NCBI RefSeq assembly: GCF_002113885.1
Contig: NW_018408252.1
Location: 389,188 to 453,187, forward strand
DNA length: 64,000 bases
Direction of reading: 5' to 3'
Origin: Mizuhopecten yessoensis
Lineage: Eukaryota
Below, piece after piece: positions 63,501 to 64,000 of this stretch (the stretch's first letter is position 1; each line of letters starts with the position of its first letter). The notes under the pieces were generated by a model. It searched no databases. It was not told the DNA's origin and saw nothing but the letters and a program-made list of their open reading frames with translations. The translations under genes and the position numbers were made by a program.

Positions 63501-64000
63501 GTCATCGTCTGATTGTGTCACCCCACTAGAAACCTCACCATCACAGTGTGTTCGTGCATCTTTGAGCATTCGTTCCTGGTATACACAAATATGCTGAAAA
63601 CATCAGCTGTAAATATCCTAGGCTTGATATTAGGACTGTCGACAGGTAAGTAATGTCGGCTCGTTAGCGTTTTGAAAGGGATATGATTTATCAATTTATT
63701 AATAGTCATATAATATAAGCTCAAATCATTTTATCTCTGCAACAAAGGGCATTTTCTATAGATAGTGTGTTATACTGCTAGGTAGCATTCAATACATATT
63801 AAACAACAATAGATGAGTTTGTTTTAGCCGAGTTAGGGATACGTGTACATATTGTTGTATGAGTAGATAACAATAGACAATCATATTTTATCTATAAACC
63901 TGCCAAATATGATTACCTATTGTCTTACATGAATTTTACAAAACGGACAGATATGTCTGGCGACGGATGTTGATTGCTTTAAGTGTTTAACTTCAAATTT
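60560..64000. repeat. Tandem segmental duplication of a ~1.65-1.9-kb unit, running off the window end
   Basis: 60600-61340 matches 62250-63080, and 61951-62135 matches 63815-64000. Each unit has an A/C-rich acataactat low-complexity tract. Confidence 0.88.

Overview
AT-rich, intron-containing, repeat-dense animal DNA. The SINE, MITE and Penelope-like repeats and one C-terminal protein motif suggest a bivalve mollusc (inference, no search run). Three spliced genes can be rebuilt with phase-consistent GT-AG junctions. (1) A minus-strand cyclase-family (KynB/isatin-hydrolase-like) amidohydrolase with a signal peptide and GPI-like tail; an inverted paralogue lies head-to-head and was destroyed by two LINE insertions. 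(2) A plus-strand membrane protein: IgGFc-binding-like domain, 22 x 8-aa stalk of N-glycosylation sequons, C-type lectin domain, TM segment; its first exon was not found. (3) A plus-strand WSCD-type Golgi sulfotransferase lacking WSC domains. The most unusual signal is that several tandem arrays were visibly born from functional motifs. A ~112 x 24-bp satellite grew inside the terminal inverted repeat of one Mutator-like MITE whose 9-bp target-site duplication is still readable. A ~58 x 29-bp array repeats the sulfotransferase exon/intron junction itself. A ~6 x 38-bp array repeats a SINE A-box head. A minimal hammerhead-ribozyme candidate lies in the cyclase intron. No CRISPR, rRNA or convincing functional tRNA was seen. 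All family assignments are from motif recognition by eye.
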